64,000 nt of DNA from Amoebidium appalachense (Eukaryota > Protista > Ichthyosporea): the NCBI GenBank assembly GCA_963693365.1, contig CAVNZM010000004.1:206448-270447 (forward strand), in the 5' to 3' direction. Under the pieces are notes generated by a model that was not told the origin of the DNA, did not search any database, and worked only from the letters and a program-made list of their open reading frames with translations. A program made the position numbers and the translations under genes. Position 1 is the stretch's first letter. Each line of letters starts with the position of its first letter. Below are positions 19,917-31,806 of this stretch, one piece after another.

Positions 19917-21274
19917 ATGTCGCATGCGCGCTCCCGCATCCTTGACGACATGGCGTCCCACATCGATTTCTCGGCGGCCGTGGCGCGCCGGGCAGCGTTC
20001 CCGCACGGGCCGGCCCTGCCCTCGGCCCCCCGCAGCGTGTCGGTGCCGAGCGAGGCGCCCCCGCGTGTCGAGCCCCCGCAGCCGCCGCAGGGCCAGTGGC
20101 GCTACCACTTCGTGACGGGCGGGTCCGAGTGCCGGCCGCTGCAGGTGGAGTTTCCCGCCACCCAGTCCGTGCACGGCATCCGTGTCGAGGGCTTCAAGGC
20201 GCACAGCGTGTACGACGTGTGCGAGGGCGCCAACAGGCTGACGCTGTCGCTGTCGTACCTGGACTCGCCCGACGGCCGGCCCCCGGGCATGTGGGTGAAG
20301 GCGTCCACCGACGTGTACCTGCCTGTGGGCAACTACACCCTGGACACCCTGTGCGCCGAGCTCGAGATGCGGCTGGACGCCGCCATCGCCGCATGCTTCA
20401 ACCCCAGCTACAGCCCCGAGGAGGTGGCGGACATTTTGGAGATGTACCCGGACACGCTGCCCTACTACGCCAGCGTCACACACACGGAGCGGTTGCGCCG
20501 GGACGCCGAGCGCAACGGCGAGGCGTGGACCAGGCACCAGGACTTTGTGTGCAAGACGCGGTGGGCGCCACGCCGGCAGGGCCCGCGCGACGAGATCGCA
20601 TTCGAGGCGCTGATGCTCGCGCAGCTGTACTACAGGGAGAACGCATGGGCGTGGCGCGAGCTGGCCAACGAGCGTGACACCCACGGGCGCATCCAGTGGC
20701 CGTTCCACAACACGCTGTACAACCTCATGACGCCCTCGAAGCTCGCGCTGCCCGGGCGACTGGTCATCAGCATCCACCACCGCAAGAACATGGACCCGGA
20801 CACCATGAAGCACTGGCTGCCGTATGCGTCGGTGCCGACGTTCTCGCTTGACGTGTGCCGGGGGCTCGGGAGCGTGCTGGGAATGGCGGCCGGCGCGCAC
20901 GTCAGCCACAGCCTGACAGCGGGGCTGCCTCCGCTGGCCCGCTACTTCGACGGGCGAGACCATGCGGCCGTGGAGGAGGGCGACCAGCAGCTGCCGTGCC
21001 AGGGCGACAACATCCAGTGCGTGTTTGGGACGGATGCACCCCTGGGCCCGCGGGGGCGCTCATGGTGCACGTCATGCAGGGCGAGACGAACCTGCAGGGG
21101 CGCATCATGGCGCCGGGCGTGCAGGGGGCGGCGGGCGGGGCGGTGGACGACATGCTGGCGAGCCCGCAGATCTTGGGGACGCTGGACCACGTCGACACGC
21201 TGCGGCTGGTGGTGGTGGACGAGACCGGGACAAGGGTGAGCGGGTGCTTCTCGGCGCTGGTCGCGGTTAAATAA
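19917..21274 (+). CDS. Second penton/minor-capsid-like protein; frameshift at G5 run 21052-21056
   Basis: VEFPATQSVHGIRVEG...YDVCEGANRL...VYLPVGNYTLDTLCAEL; one extra G gives the C-terminus LRLVVVDETGTRVSGCFSALVAVK. Confidence 0.6.
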
Positions 21275-21442
21275 ACCAAATGCTGTTTTTTACATTGTTT
21301 ACTTGGAATGCCCACAAATGCAGGGCAGATCATCATTTTCTCCTTCGAAATTAGAGAACACCATTATCAGGTGCAGGGCAGGTCTCCCGAAAGCTCTGCC
21401 AATGGGTAAGTGATTTTCGTGTTGCGCAATGTCTTCATTACC

Positions 21443-22780
21443 TTATCCAAATACAGCTAGTGCCAAGTCCTTGGTATCGCCAGGGTCCATAAAGGTTTCG
21501 GCCATGTCGGCAAGAACCGGAGCCAAGCAGGCAAACTCTACCCCAAACATCTCGCGTTCGATGTTTTCTTGGTAAAGTTGCTGGTGCACAAACCTTTCTG
21601 CATCTCTCAGGTTCTGAGTAGGAACAGGCAGAGCAAACAGAAGGCGCTTTTGCGCATCAGTATGCCAGGTAGCAGCCTCGCGCATACGTCCACTCACGTT
21701 CTTCATACTTAGGCCAATTTTCAGGCAAGGGACAGTCCCGTACTTCGAAACAAACACGTAGACACCCGGGACCTGCTGGGTACAGGTGCGCTGCGTGACA
21801 TTCCGAAGTCGTTTAGAGGCTTTGATATACTCAGGTGGCAAATAGTCCTCCTCGGTGCGCATCTCACGCTGCAGCTGCAGAATACGGATTTCCTTGTCAA
21901 TCTTGTCGCAGTCAGCAAGCACCTTGTCACGCTCGGCTTTCATCAGTTCGGTTTGCTGTTCTACCAACCTTCCTTCCTCACGCAGGGCCATGATTTTGGC
22001 ATTTGCTTCCCGTAGGATAGGATCGTGAACCATCATGTACCTCTCGTACCGGGCCAGCTCGGATTCTCGCATGACACGCGGCTTGACCGAGCGCAACTGT
22101 TCGTCCTGTTTTATGTCGCTTGCGGGGCGTTTAGGCCGTGTGTGGATGGAACCAACAGATTCGGTGCCTGCGGCCACATCCGTTTCCTGCAGGACATCGG
22201 CGACAGCTGAGTGGTCACCAGACAGAACCTTGCCCTGAATAGAGCACCACTTGGAATGATAGGCCGGACTGATGTGTTGTGCAAATGCAGTAGCAACATC
22301 TACGAGAACCCAGGTGCCACGAAAAATCTCAGCATTTTCGCCCTTGTAATGATAGCGTGATGTGTCGATACTGGACCATTGAGCGGACCCCTTCCGGGTA
22401 GCAGCTGAATCCTTCTGATCAGAAGTGTTCCCATTCTTATTCAATGAATCCTTCTGATCAGAAGTGTTCCCATTCTTCGAATCCTTCTGAACAGAAGGGT
22501 TCATCTGCTTCTCTATTTCGTCCAACAACGTGTGTGTGCTATCCAGCTTGAACCAATTGCTCCAGGTTTTGTTATTTTTTTTGCCGATGTGAGTTGCATT
22601 TACCCAAAGCTCTCCGCCCTTTCGTACCTCGCCATATGTAAGCAGGTTTCCTTCTGCATCCCTGATAGGTGTTATCTCACCTTCCTTCAAAACCTTTCCA
22701 TTGCGCATAACAACTCTCTCCGAAGGTAGCGATTGGGTCACTGATGTGTAATCCGGTGGCTGGGATACGAGGGTGGCCAT
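21443..22780 (-). CDS. KilA-N plus coiled coil plus T5orf172 (GIY-YIG-like) protein
   Basis: WVNATHIGK..KTWSNW...GTWV..DVATAFAQHISP; GVYV...LKIGLS...RDAERFVHQQL...REMF; internal duplication of KNGNTSDQKDS. Confidence 0.9.
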   Translation of the reverse strand: MATLVSQPPDYTSVTQSLPSERVVMRNGKVLKEGEITPIRDAEGNLLTYGEVRKGGELWVNATHIGKKNNKTWSNWFKLDSTHTLLDEIEKQMNPSVQKDSKNGNTSDQKDSLNKNGNTSDQKDSAATRKGSAQWSSIDTSRYHYKGENAEIFRGTWVLVDVATAFAQHISPAYHSKWCSIQGKVLSGDHSAVADVLQETDVAAGTESVGSIHTRPKRPASDIKQDEQLRSVKPRVMRESELARYERYMMVHDPILREANAKIMALREEGRLVEQQTELMKAERDKVLADCDKIDKEIRILQLQREMRTEEDYLPPEYIKASKRLRNVTQRTCTQQVPGVYVFVSKYGTVPCLKIGLSMKNVSGRMREAATWHTDAQKRLLFALPVPTQNLRDAERFVHQQLYQENIEREMFGVEFACLAPVLADMAETFMDPGDTKDLALAVFG

Positions 22781-22859
22781 CTATATGTGCACAGATAATA
22801 TTTTTTGGCTGGAAAAAGTTGAGAGGAAGGGAAGGGATAAAAAGCAATGCAGAAAACAC

Positions 22860-23225
22860 ACGCACCCTGTATCGCTTAGCACAGCGAGGAGATACGTTTG
22901 TGTACGCCGTGCATGTACCTTCGACAGATTCCCACCAACGCCTGAAATTCGGTTTCACAACCAATCTAGAGAAACGCTTTTCGGATTATCGTTCCCTCTT
23001 GGCTGACATGAACAACAAGATCGTCCTGCTGCTGCCTTCCGAAACCCCCCCGGCCAATAGAGAAGTTCATAAAGACCGAGCTGCGCGGATGCCGGGTGGG
23101 AGACAACAAAAACACCGAGCTCTTTGATGTTCCCTTCAACAAGTTTCGCAGCGTACTCCTGGACGTGCTGGATCTTTATGGTCCATGGGGGGCAGGAGTC
23201 GCCGATGACATACAAGAGGCTTTAA
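22860..23225 (+). pseudogene. Solo T5orf172-like remnant
   Basis: FVYAV...LKFGFTTNLEKRFSDY, frameshift at C7 run 23045-23051, then IEKFIKTEL...TELF; no clear in-frame start. Confidence 0.7.
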
Positions 23226-23236
23226 TGGTCTAACCT

Positions 23237-23752
23237 CTACCCGCCCATAGCCGCCCTGTCAGCGGGGCGTTCAACCTGTGGGAACCTAGGCACGAACGAG
23301 AAGGACTCGAATGTCGCGTACGCCGCACGGCGCGCCACAGCCATGCCGCAGTGACGCGCGCGCTCCTGGAACTGCTGGTAGCGGTCGGTGTACTGGGGAT
23401 CGGACAACGTCTCCATGAGGAACACGCCAAACCTGTCCTCCTCCTCGTCACCGAAGAAGATGATGTTGACGACGACGGGGACCCCCTCGAGCCGCCCGAC
23501 CATGAGCCAGTTGTAGTGCCCCCTCCCATGGATCATCCAGGGCTCCCGCGCCTGTGCGCTTTCGATCAAGAACAGAAACGACTCCTGCCCGGACAACACA
23601 TCCTCGCACGGCAGTGTCAGCTGCAAGTAGAATGTGTTCGGCTGGCCCAGCCGTGGTATCATTTCGGCCAAATCCGAGCCGCCGTCGATAAACACCTCGT
23701 GGTCGTAATCCGCGTCCCATCCCCATGTGGCGTGTGAAGTCCCGGTTCCCAT
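23237..23752 (-). CDS. Hypothetical protein, possible N-myristoylation
   Basis: ATG at 23752 gives MGTGTS; divergent from the resolvase gene. Confidence 0.6.
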   Translation of the reverse strand: MGTGTSHATWGWDADYDHEVFIDGGSDLAEMIPRLGQPNTFYLQLTLPCEDVLSGQESFLFLIESAQAREPWMIHGRGHYNWLMVGRLEGVPVVVNIIFFGDEEEDRFGVFLMETLSDPQYTDRYQQFQERARHCGMAVARRAAYATFESFSFVPRFPQVERPADRAAMGG

Positions 23753-23829
23753 GCCTGTGCCAACAATATTCTTGTAAACGAGTTGGGCAGGGAAGCATAA
23801 AAAGGAATCCCCCAACCCCCACCCTCACA

Positions 23830-24402
23830 ATGCGTGTGGCCGCCATCGACGTCGGCTTCCTGAACCTGGTGGTGTGCGTGCTCAGCACGACCGACGACCC
23901 GCGCACGCCCTTCATCATCCACACGTGGGACCGCTGGCTCGTGGGCAACCCGGACACCACGGCCACGGTGCTGGTGGAGCTGCTGCTGCGCCGGCTGCAC
24001 GAGGACCGCGCGCTGTTTGTGGACGTCGACATGGTCGTCATCGAGCGCCAGATGGTCACCAAGCTGAGCGTGCTGGCGCACGCGCTGCAGGCGTACTTCC
24101 TCACCCTCAGATTGACCAATGGCCACGGGCCCGGCGTGGTGCTGCAGCACGGCACGCGCAAGAACCAGTGCGGTGCGTGGCTCGCCCGCCACGGAATGGC
24201 TCCTGCGGAGACGGGCAAGGCGGCGTATGCGGTGTACAAGCGGCGTGCGGTGGTCGACACGCTGCAGGCGCTCAAGCTGCAGAGCGAGCAGGGGTGGCGG
24301 GACAAGTTTGGGCGGGAGGGCAAGAAGGACGACATGGCGGACGCGCTGCTGCACGGGCTGTGGTACCTGTTCTGTCGGACCCAGAAAGGGGGGTCACGCT
24401 GA
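23830..24402 (+). CDS. Holliday junction resolvase (poxvirus A22/RuvC-like)
   Basis: AAIDVGFLNL, VVIERQ and KKDDMADALL provide the RuvC acidic catalytic residues. Confidence 0.92.
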   Translation: MRVAAIDVGFLNLVVCVLSTTDDPRTPFIIHTWDRWLVGNPDTTATVLVELLLRRLHEDRALFVDVDMVVIERQMVTKLSVLAHALQAYFLTLRLTNGHGPGVVLQHGTRKNQCGAWLARHGMAPAETGKAAYAVYKRRAVVDTLQALKLQSEQGWRDKFGREGKKDDMADALLHGLWYLFCRTQKGGSR

Positions 24403-24543
24403 GGGCATATGCAGGCAAACGGACAGTGTACAAAATAAAATTGGCAATTCATCTCTTTATTGCTTTCTCATAGACCGGCTTCCGGTCCCATGGACCGGAG
24501 GTAGAGATTGGCCCGTTGGTTGTCTGTGTCGAGCTTGACTGCA

Positions 24544-24619
24544 TATCTGCACTGCAGATTTTCCCCTCCAACTTAGCAATGAGTTCCTTTGTCCCCTTCA
24601 ACTTGTACCAATCAAACCA
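24544..24619 (-). pseudogene. KilA-N-like fragment, copy 1
   Basis: WFDWYKLKGTKELIAKLEGKIC; diverged direct repeat of 26563-26638. Confidence 0.65.
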
Positions 24620-24784
24620 AAAATGTCTGCGCCCCCCACCCCGGGCTGTCACAGTGGTACCTGTTCTGCAGGCGTGGGAGGTCGGGGAAGATGTAAGAAT
24701 AAAGCGCTTTGTTTCATGGAGACTGCAATGCTACACGGATGACAATTAGCCTAGCTCAGGGTATGAAAAAGCATGCCTGAGAAA

Positions 24785-26342
24785 TCAACAGCCCAGTCTG
24801 GGCTGCACGCTGGCGGGGACCAGCCCCTCGTATGCGTTCCTGAACACCTGCGCCGTGTACTTGAACTCGGCAACCTCCGGGCTGTGGGGTACCTCCCGCT
24901 CCAGCCAAACCGCCGTGGCCAAGATGATGGTGTAGGCCTGGCGGGCAGTGATCTCGGTGGACATGACCGCACGTCCCCAGCCGAGTGCTGAGCGCAGCTT
25001 GATGGCGCGCTGGATAGCCATGTCAGCTCCGATGACCCCCACCACTGCCGTGTCGGGCTTGTCGGTGTAGATGTCCACGTTCAGCACCTCGAGTACATAG
25101 CGGCGCACGAGTCCAACAGAGCCCTTGGTAGACCCTCCAAACATGGCGGCGGTGACGCTGCGGGGAAGGTTGTACAGGCGGTCACGCAGGAAGGGGTTGC
25201 CTGTGCCACCGAGGGCGGAGCTGTCCGGGTCCTCGGGTAGGATGCGGGGGGTGAAGGCCTGGGCGGTGCTGTTGAGGGCGCTGGTGAGGCGGGCCACGTG
25301 GGACTTGCTGTACTCGATGACAAGCTGCTGCTGCTCAATGAGGGTGTCCCGGTCTCGGATGGTCTTGTTGCGCTCCTCGATGGTAATGTTCCGGTCCTCG
25401 ATTGTGCGCTGCATGTTCTGGAGCAGCGTCTGCCAGTAGGCAGCCCCGTGCTCCTCGGATCCCCCCGGCACCCCCGTTCTCCACGTACTCCCCGAACAGG
25501 CGAGCGCCGCTGCCCTCGGGGAGGGAATCCTGAAGACGACGGTTGGCGCGCACCTCGTCAACCAAAGTCTCGTCACCACCCAGGTAGCGCACGATGAGCT
25601 CAGCGGCCGCAGCCTTGAAAGCAGCAACCTTGGGACCGGTCAGGGCCAGGATGATGCGCACCAGCCCCTTTGCATCGGCGACCGGGCGGGGGTTCTGATG
25701 ATCAACTGAGTCGGAATATCCGACCGAGTTAATCAAGGACTGATCTGCGTCCATCACCTCCTTGAATTTGTCCTTGGGGTTGCCATAGCCAATCGCAACG
25801 AGCACATCAAACACATCCGCCTTCCGGGGCACGGTGTTGGTGCAGCGGATGGTCTTGCCGCTCCAGTCACCACCACCCTCTCCGAACTTGAACAGGGTCG
25901 CGGCCAGCCCGTCGCCGTCGAGGTCCATGCCCGGAACCGCCGTGGGCAGCTGGCGCATGGCTTCGGCAAGGGCCTTGTTGTCCGCCACCTTCCAGATGCT
26001 GATGGAGGGGTCGCCGAGTACACCACGCACGGAGGTGGCGTGCACCTGTTCACGCAGGCGGACGAGGGACAGGGTCTTGCCGGACGGCAGGGTGCGGGTG
26101 TCCTGGGCGACAACCCCAAATCGCTTGGTGTCGCCGAGGGCTGTGGCGGCACGCTCGTGCAGGTCGGTGTGGTCGGAGAGGAGCGCCCAGTAGCGGATGC
26201 GGGAGCGCTCGGGGTCAAGCAGAAGGGTGCGGATGGTGTCCTCAAGGGATGCGTTCTCCTCCATACTGTCGTCCGTGTCCATGCTGTCGATGTTGTCGCT
26301 CTGCATGTTGTTGTTGATGTCCATGTTCTGGGTTGTCTCCAT
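24785..26342 (-). CDS. Bro-N-like plus coiled-coil protein; frameshift at C6 run 25461-25466
   Basis: IRCT...DVFDVL...PVADAKGLVRIILAL.G..AAFK...IVRYLGGDETLVDEV; TATA motif near 26390. Confidence 0.75.
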
Positions 26343-26562
26343 CTTGATGGTTGCTGCAGAATGATGAATTATGGTCTGGACTGCTCCTTTTATACCTTCA
26401 GGTCTAACCACCGATGGTGCCAAAATCGATGGTGATGGTGAGTTTGGGCACCAAACTAATGAACCCTGAATTTCAGGGATGATGATTATTGTGTCATTCG
26501 GATGTTGATCACAATTGTCGGACGACCCGACAACAGCGAACACATATCTGACCGCACAATAT

Positions 26563-26638
26563 TATCTGCACTGCAGATTTTTCCGTCCAACTTGGCAATG
26601 AGCTGCTTTGTCCCCTTCGGCTCGTACCAATCAAACCA
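26563..26638 (-). pseudogene. KilA-N-like fragment, copy 2
   Basis: WFDWYEPKGTKQLIAKLDGKIC. Confidence 0.65.
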
Positions 26639-26697
26639 CGCGTATCTGTCACATAATTAGTATGAAAGAGAAGCAAGCCAGAGATATCACAGATATA

Positions 26698-28209
26698 TCA
26701 CACACTTGCATTCGGAGTTGTCGATGCTGCGATCCCGATGTCTTCCACAAGCCGCTCCCCATCCCTGCGCCTCGGCAGTCCTGCGGCTTCAAGCTCGGCA
26801 TCGGTCAACACGACCGTTTTCTTGGTTATTACCTCTCGTATTACCTGTCTGTACCGTGGGTCATCAAGATTCGGCTGCACCACATCTATCTCTCCTCCAT
26901 GCATCTTAGCCCAGTAGAGTTCGGTCAGTTGCTTCCCGTACAGGGACAACACGGCCCCGATTTTGTAGACTGCCCGGAATCCTCTGTCCACCTTCTCAAG
27001 CTTTGTCGTTATATGATTGCAGACCCGTTCCCCAATGGTGTTTCCATTGCCCGGTTGGGAACCCCAGTCGAAGCTTGACGTGCGCAGGAGTATGTAGACC
27101 ATCAACCAGGAGGCACATGCCGAGTCGTGTATTTCGTTTCTATCGACAAGCCCCTCATACAAAACCCTCCCAAAACTTGTCTGAAGGCTCTTACATACAG
27201 ATTCGTGTTGGTAGGTGCGCAGAACTTTCGAGCTTCCAGTGTAACCGGCCCCCTCAAGGAACATACAGAGGGCGTCAGCGATTAGCCCTGCCGGGGCAGA
27301 CATGTTAAAGCACTCAACCACCTTGACTTGCGAATCGATAATGATAACAGAAGCATGCTCTGGGCTCGACACATGCATTATATAGTAGCGCTCACGCTCT
27401 TGGCTTTTCAGCCAGGAAGAGAGGTTCGACACAGATGCTTTCGAGCATCTGAAACCCCACTTTCCTGCTGACACCTTCCAAGTGGACATTTTACCATTGT
27501 CCGTCACAACACCGAGTGCTGGTGTGGACTTGGGGACAGCATCACCATTATACTCTATTTTGAGGGATGTGCCAGGGGAAAAACGAACAGATTTTGGCAG
27601 ATAGGTTTGCAGCAGTACGAAGGTGTTGTCCCGAGACATGACGCCACACCCTGCCACAGCCGGTGAGGCTTCAACGGAGCCAACCCCAATCAGCTCGGTC
27701 AGTGACTTCTGAAGATCAACGAGACCGTTGTACCAGTCAAATAGAAGTGGCCACGTTTTTTGTATGTCCTCCATCATGTCCGAGGGCGTGGGTCTTCCAG
27801 GGACAATAGCCTGTTTGTACTTTTCGGCCACGTAGGGAGCACACTTCACCACAATCGACCCGAAACGGTGCTTCCTCTGGTCCACGAGAAACCGGCTTTT
27901 TGAATCATACCTTACAGCAAACTTGTATTCCGTACCAGCTGTTTGACGCATACAAATAAACAACAATCTGTAGCCACCCAGCCCTGCTTCAAAAACCAGA
28001 GATGTAACACAGGTCAGACAGACTGGTTCGACATCATTTTGAGTGCTCCACAAGTTGATGGAGAGACAGACGTCCCCCATAGCCCACTTGTATGTCTGGG
28101 TGTTGCGGGGTTTCAGATGTGCGTCTTCCAACTTGAAATGTTGGGTATTGCGTTTGACAAACTTGAAGAAGCAGTAGGGCTTTACCGACAATGTCTGTGT
28201 TGAAGCCAT
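26698..28209 (-). CDS. Putative cysteine protease (Ulp1/adenain-like His-Asx-Gln-Cys order) in C-terminal half
   Basis: EHASVIIIDSQVKVVECFN...LQ...DSACASWLMVYILLR; lower GC than its flanks. Confidence 0.55.
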   Translation of the reverse strand: MASTQTLSVKPYCFFKFVKRNTQHFKLEDAHLKPRNTQTYKWAMGDVCLSINLWSTQNDVEPVCLTCVTSLVFEAGLGGYRLLFICMRQTAGTEYKFAVRYDSKSRFLVDQRKHRFGSIVVKCAPYVAEKYKQAIVPGRPTPSDMMEDIQKTWPLLFDWYNGLVDLQKSLTELIGVGSVEASPAVAGCGVMSRDNTFVLLQTYLPKSVRFSPGTSLKIEYNGDAVPKSTPALGVVTDNGKMSTWKVSAGKWGFRCSKASVSNLSSWLKSQERERYYIMHVSSPEHASVIIIDSQVKVVECFNMSAPAGLIADALCMFLEGAGYTGSSKVLRTYQHESVCKSLQTSFGRVLYEGLVDRNEIHDSACASWLMVYILLRTSSFDWGSQPGNGNTIGERVCNHITTKLEKVDRGFRAVYKIGAVLSLYGKQLTELYWAKMHGGEIDVVQPNLDDPRYRQVIREVITKKTVVLTDAELEAAGLPRRRDGERLVEDIGIAASTTPNASV

Positions 28210-30086
28210 CTACACAACAGCCGAATTTTTCGACATATGGGTGGTTCCCTGGGACAGTTTCGGATGGGTTCCCGCGCGGGGTGGGGGGGGGGAGGGGATT
28301 GCGTCCATTCTGTGACCGATATATGCAAAAGAGTTTATATCCCTGCTGCACCGATGCCAGCAGGCTTGACGCAGCAGAAGTCCGGCGCGCACGGCATCGA
28401 CGTGGCCCTGCGCCGCTTGCACCGCAGCACCCCCGCCGGTCTTGGGGTCCGGTCGGTAGAGGTTGCAGCCCACATTCTGCGGCACGCGGCACCACCGTGC
28501 GGCACAGCCACCCGCACCCCACCCCCGGCACCGGCACCTGCGAGCACACGGGCGCTGCGGCGGCCGTCTGCGCAATGAGCCGTGTGCATCTGGATGGTTG
28601 GGTGAGGGTGGGCGTCGGGGTGGTTGGCGCCGGCGTCGGGGGGGCCGTCACGGTCACGTAGCTGGGGCGGCGGCGGCGGCGGCTTGTGCAAGTAGGGCAA
28701 CGAGCACGTACATTACCGTGTGCATGGATAATAGTTGTGGGCGCAGGGGTGTTCTTCAGGAAGGTTGATGCCGCGGCCGCGGAACACTGATGACGAGGTC
28801 CGCGCCCACCGCATCCCAGCAGGCCACCGGCAGTCACACGGAACAGCCGCGCCACGCGTGAGCGCGGGGGACACCCGCAAGCGCCAGCGGACGGGCAGAG
28901 CAGGCGCGTGGGGCCCACGGCCACGACCGCCGCCGCGGCCCCACGCCAGACCGGCCGAGACAGGGGCGCCACCGGACACAAACGAGATGGGACGGCGGCG
29001 GACCGCGCAGCCACACGGACCCGAACGAGGAAGGTCCGGAGAGCGAGTTCCAGCAGCCGACACCACCGGGCCCCCCGACACAGCCCCTGCACACGAGCCC
29101 CCCGCCACAATGACCCGGACGAGCAGACGCGGCGCGCCCCGACAGACTCAGTGCAGCACTCGGCTGGGGGAACTGGGGACCGAGCCAGTCTCTTGGGCCC
29201 CTCGGGGTGCCGGCGGCATCCACGCCACACTGCACGCAGAAAGCGTTGGCTGAGGCGCCGGCCGCCGAGCCGACCGCGCCCACCCCAGGCGGGCGCGAGA
29301 CCGGAACAAGGGACCCAGCGAAAGAAAAAGAACCGGGAGTGAGGAAGCCCCACCGCACACAGCCACACAACCACAATAGGAGCGGGGGGAGGGGTTCCTG
29401 CGCGGGGCTGGGGGGGGCTGGGGGGGGCTGGGGGTGGCTGGGGGGAGCTTGTGAAACTCGTGTGCGCGTGTGCGTTGTGTGCCTCGTGTGCCTCGCAGGC
29501 CTCGCGCGCGCGTGGGTGTGCGTGTGTGTTGTGTGCGCGTGTGCGTTGTGTGCCTCGCGCGCTTGCATCCAGTGCAAAGTCCATTATTTGTTTACTTTAT
29601 TACTCAGGCAGAACAACCCGGTTTGCCACGCGGTATGCTTGCAAGAGGTTGTCGATGGTGCCTGGTGGGGTAGGGCCGACCCCAGAATACAAAAGGTCCA
29701 ACGTGGAAGCGAAAAATTTTCAGTTTGAGTTCCGGTGCAAGGGAAGACCACTGCATCGTGCAATCAACATACACAGCGGTTTACAGGCGTGTCAGGAACG
29801 AGCAGACTGTGTACGAGCTGGCATGTCCGAGGATTTTGGTTTGGGACCTGCTTGCTCTCCGACATTTCATTGGCTGCTGAAACTGTGCACTGGCATTGTA
29901 TGACCGCGCCGCGATCTGATTGGACCATTAAAATGGGGCATCCATCGACTGCTCATGGTGGCGCTCGCGGGCTCGCGGGCAGGTGCCCGTGTGCCGGTGT
30001 GCCCGTGTGCACGTGTGCCCGCGTGCCTCGCGCGCTGGGTGGGTGTGTGTGTCGTGTTCGCGTGTGCCTTATGTGACTTGTGTCCT

Positions 30087-30452
30087 GTCATCTTGACATC
30101 TTGGTGTATCCGGTTCTGGGCCTAGGTTTTCCATGTCATAATTGTGTGCACTGGATCTGGGTGATCGTGTAAGGGTCTGATTCGCTTATTGTCATCTTGA
30201 CATCTTGGTGTATCCGGTTCTGGGCCTAGGTTTTCCATGTCATAAAGGTATGACTCGCTTATTCATCTTGATCACACCAATTCAAAGCATCATGCCAATG
30301 CCGGGCACAGCCTATGTTCGCATACGCGTTTCGACCCTTTCACTTTTTTCCTAATCATTAACATTTATCATTCTAGCACACTGAATACATTCAATTCCAT
30401 GCACATCTTGGTGTATTCGGTTCTTGGGCCTATTAGGTTTTCCATGTCATAG
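30087..30452. repeat. Three copies of a ~54-bp unit
   Basis: CATCTTGGTGTATCCGGTTCTGGGCCTAGGTTTTCCATGTCATA at about 30097, 30201 and, diverged, 30404. Confidence 0.85.
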
Positions 30453-30621
30453 TTGTGTGGACACAATGTCTTTGATGTAGCAACTCCTGGAAAAACACAC
30501 ATACGCTTCCAAAACAATCCAGAATACTATTCTGCCTGTTAGGGACACAGAAATCGCTGGTGTGATCCTGTTTGGGGAGGTCCTAGAGCTGGTTGTGTTT
30601 ATTTATTTGGGGTCTGCAGAT

Positions 30622-31350
30622 ATGAACCGGCCGGTGGAAAAGAGGGTGCTGTCCAACCCCGAGGAACTGCAAGCCTTTGTCAACGACCCAACGTGGTTTC
30701 ATCCCGCCGCGCTCGTTGCGGGTGGGGTCGAGACCCGAGCACTGGGTGTAGTCCGCATCGTCTACCCAGAGCCGCCCGACTTTGCGGACGAATTCGGCAC
30801 CATTCGCAGGGGCAGGAGGTCGGTGCTGACTGCCCCACTCAGGTTTGTGTGCAAGCACACGGACTTCTCCGATTCCTGGTATGACCCTCCGCGGGTGACG
30901 GCCGACGGCCGCGCAACGGGCTTCTGGGGGTTTGTTATTGATGCGGGGGGTGACTGGGTTGATGACAAGCTGCTCATGGTGACGTACAGCGCTGCACTGA
31001 ATGTCTTTCAGTGGATGGTGGTCTTTAACCATCCGCCGGATTGGGTAGAAGTCATGCCCTACTACACAGAGACCCCCACCTTGATCTTTGAGCGCCCGCT
31101 CCCCGGTGTCCCCACACTCGCACAGACAGTGTCCGTTGGGCTCATCCGAAACATGGCAGCCGAGCCCCATGTGCACAGCCGCTTCGGGATCCACAGAGGC
31201 TTATCGGCCGGGCTGGAGCAGTTGCTGTCCCATGAGGCCATCCAGACCATGCTAGGCTTCGGCAACACGCTCTACGGGCTGCTCGGCATCACCCCCGAGG
31301 GGGCTGCGTACATGGGCACCACCGACTGGCCCATCGACTACAGCGAGTGA
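30622..31350 (+). CDS. Hypothetical protein (242 aa)
   Basis: ATG ORF with plausible globular composition, isolated between repeats. Confidence 0.7.
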   Translation: MNRPVEKRVLSNPEELQAFVNDPTWFHPAALVAGGVETRALGVVRIVYPEPPDFADEFGTIRRGRRSVLTAPLRFVCKHTDFSDSWYDPPRVTADGRATGFWGFVIDAGGDWVDDKLLMVTYSAALNVFQWMVVFNHPPDWVEVMPYYTETPTLIFERPLPGVPTLAQTVSVGLIRNMAAEPHVHSRFGIHRGLSAGLEQLLSHEAIQTMLGFGNTLYGLLGITPEGAAYMGTTDWPIDYSE

Positions 31351-31806
31351 GGCCCTGCGCGTGGGGGGCTGTGGGGGGCTGGGGGGGGCTGGGGGTGGGT
31401 GGGGGGGGGTGCCTTGTGAGCGCGTGAGCGCGTGTGCCTCGCGCGCGGATAAATTGGCTATTCACGCGCTTGTGCGCGCGCACGGGGCCTGGGGGGCTGG
31501 GGGTTCGTGTGCCCCTTTATACCTGCACACCGCTTGACGTTGCCCATTGACAATCACACCTCGCACCGACCTGGTCAGTGCGGCGTGGGGGGCTGGGGGG
31601 GCTGGGGGGGGCTGGGCGGGGCTGGGGGTGGCTGGGGGTGCCTCGTCTGCCTCGCGTGCCTCGCATGCCTCGCGCGCAGAACGGCTGTGTGTGGTGTGTG
31701 TGCGTGTGCCCGTGTGCCTCGCCTGCCGCGCATGCCTCGCGTGCCTCGCGTGCCTCGCGCGCGTGGTGGTTGCATCGGGAGGGGCCCCGGTTAGTGCTCG
31801 TTCTCT

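Noticed and set aside
28034-29584. 516-aa minus-strand ORF
   Set aside because: Low-complexity Arg/Gly/Pro/Ala sequence running through repeats, open in many frames because of high GC
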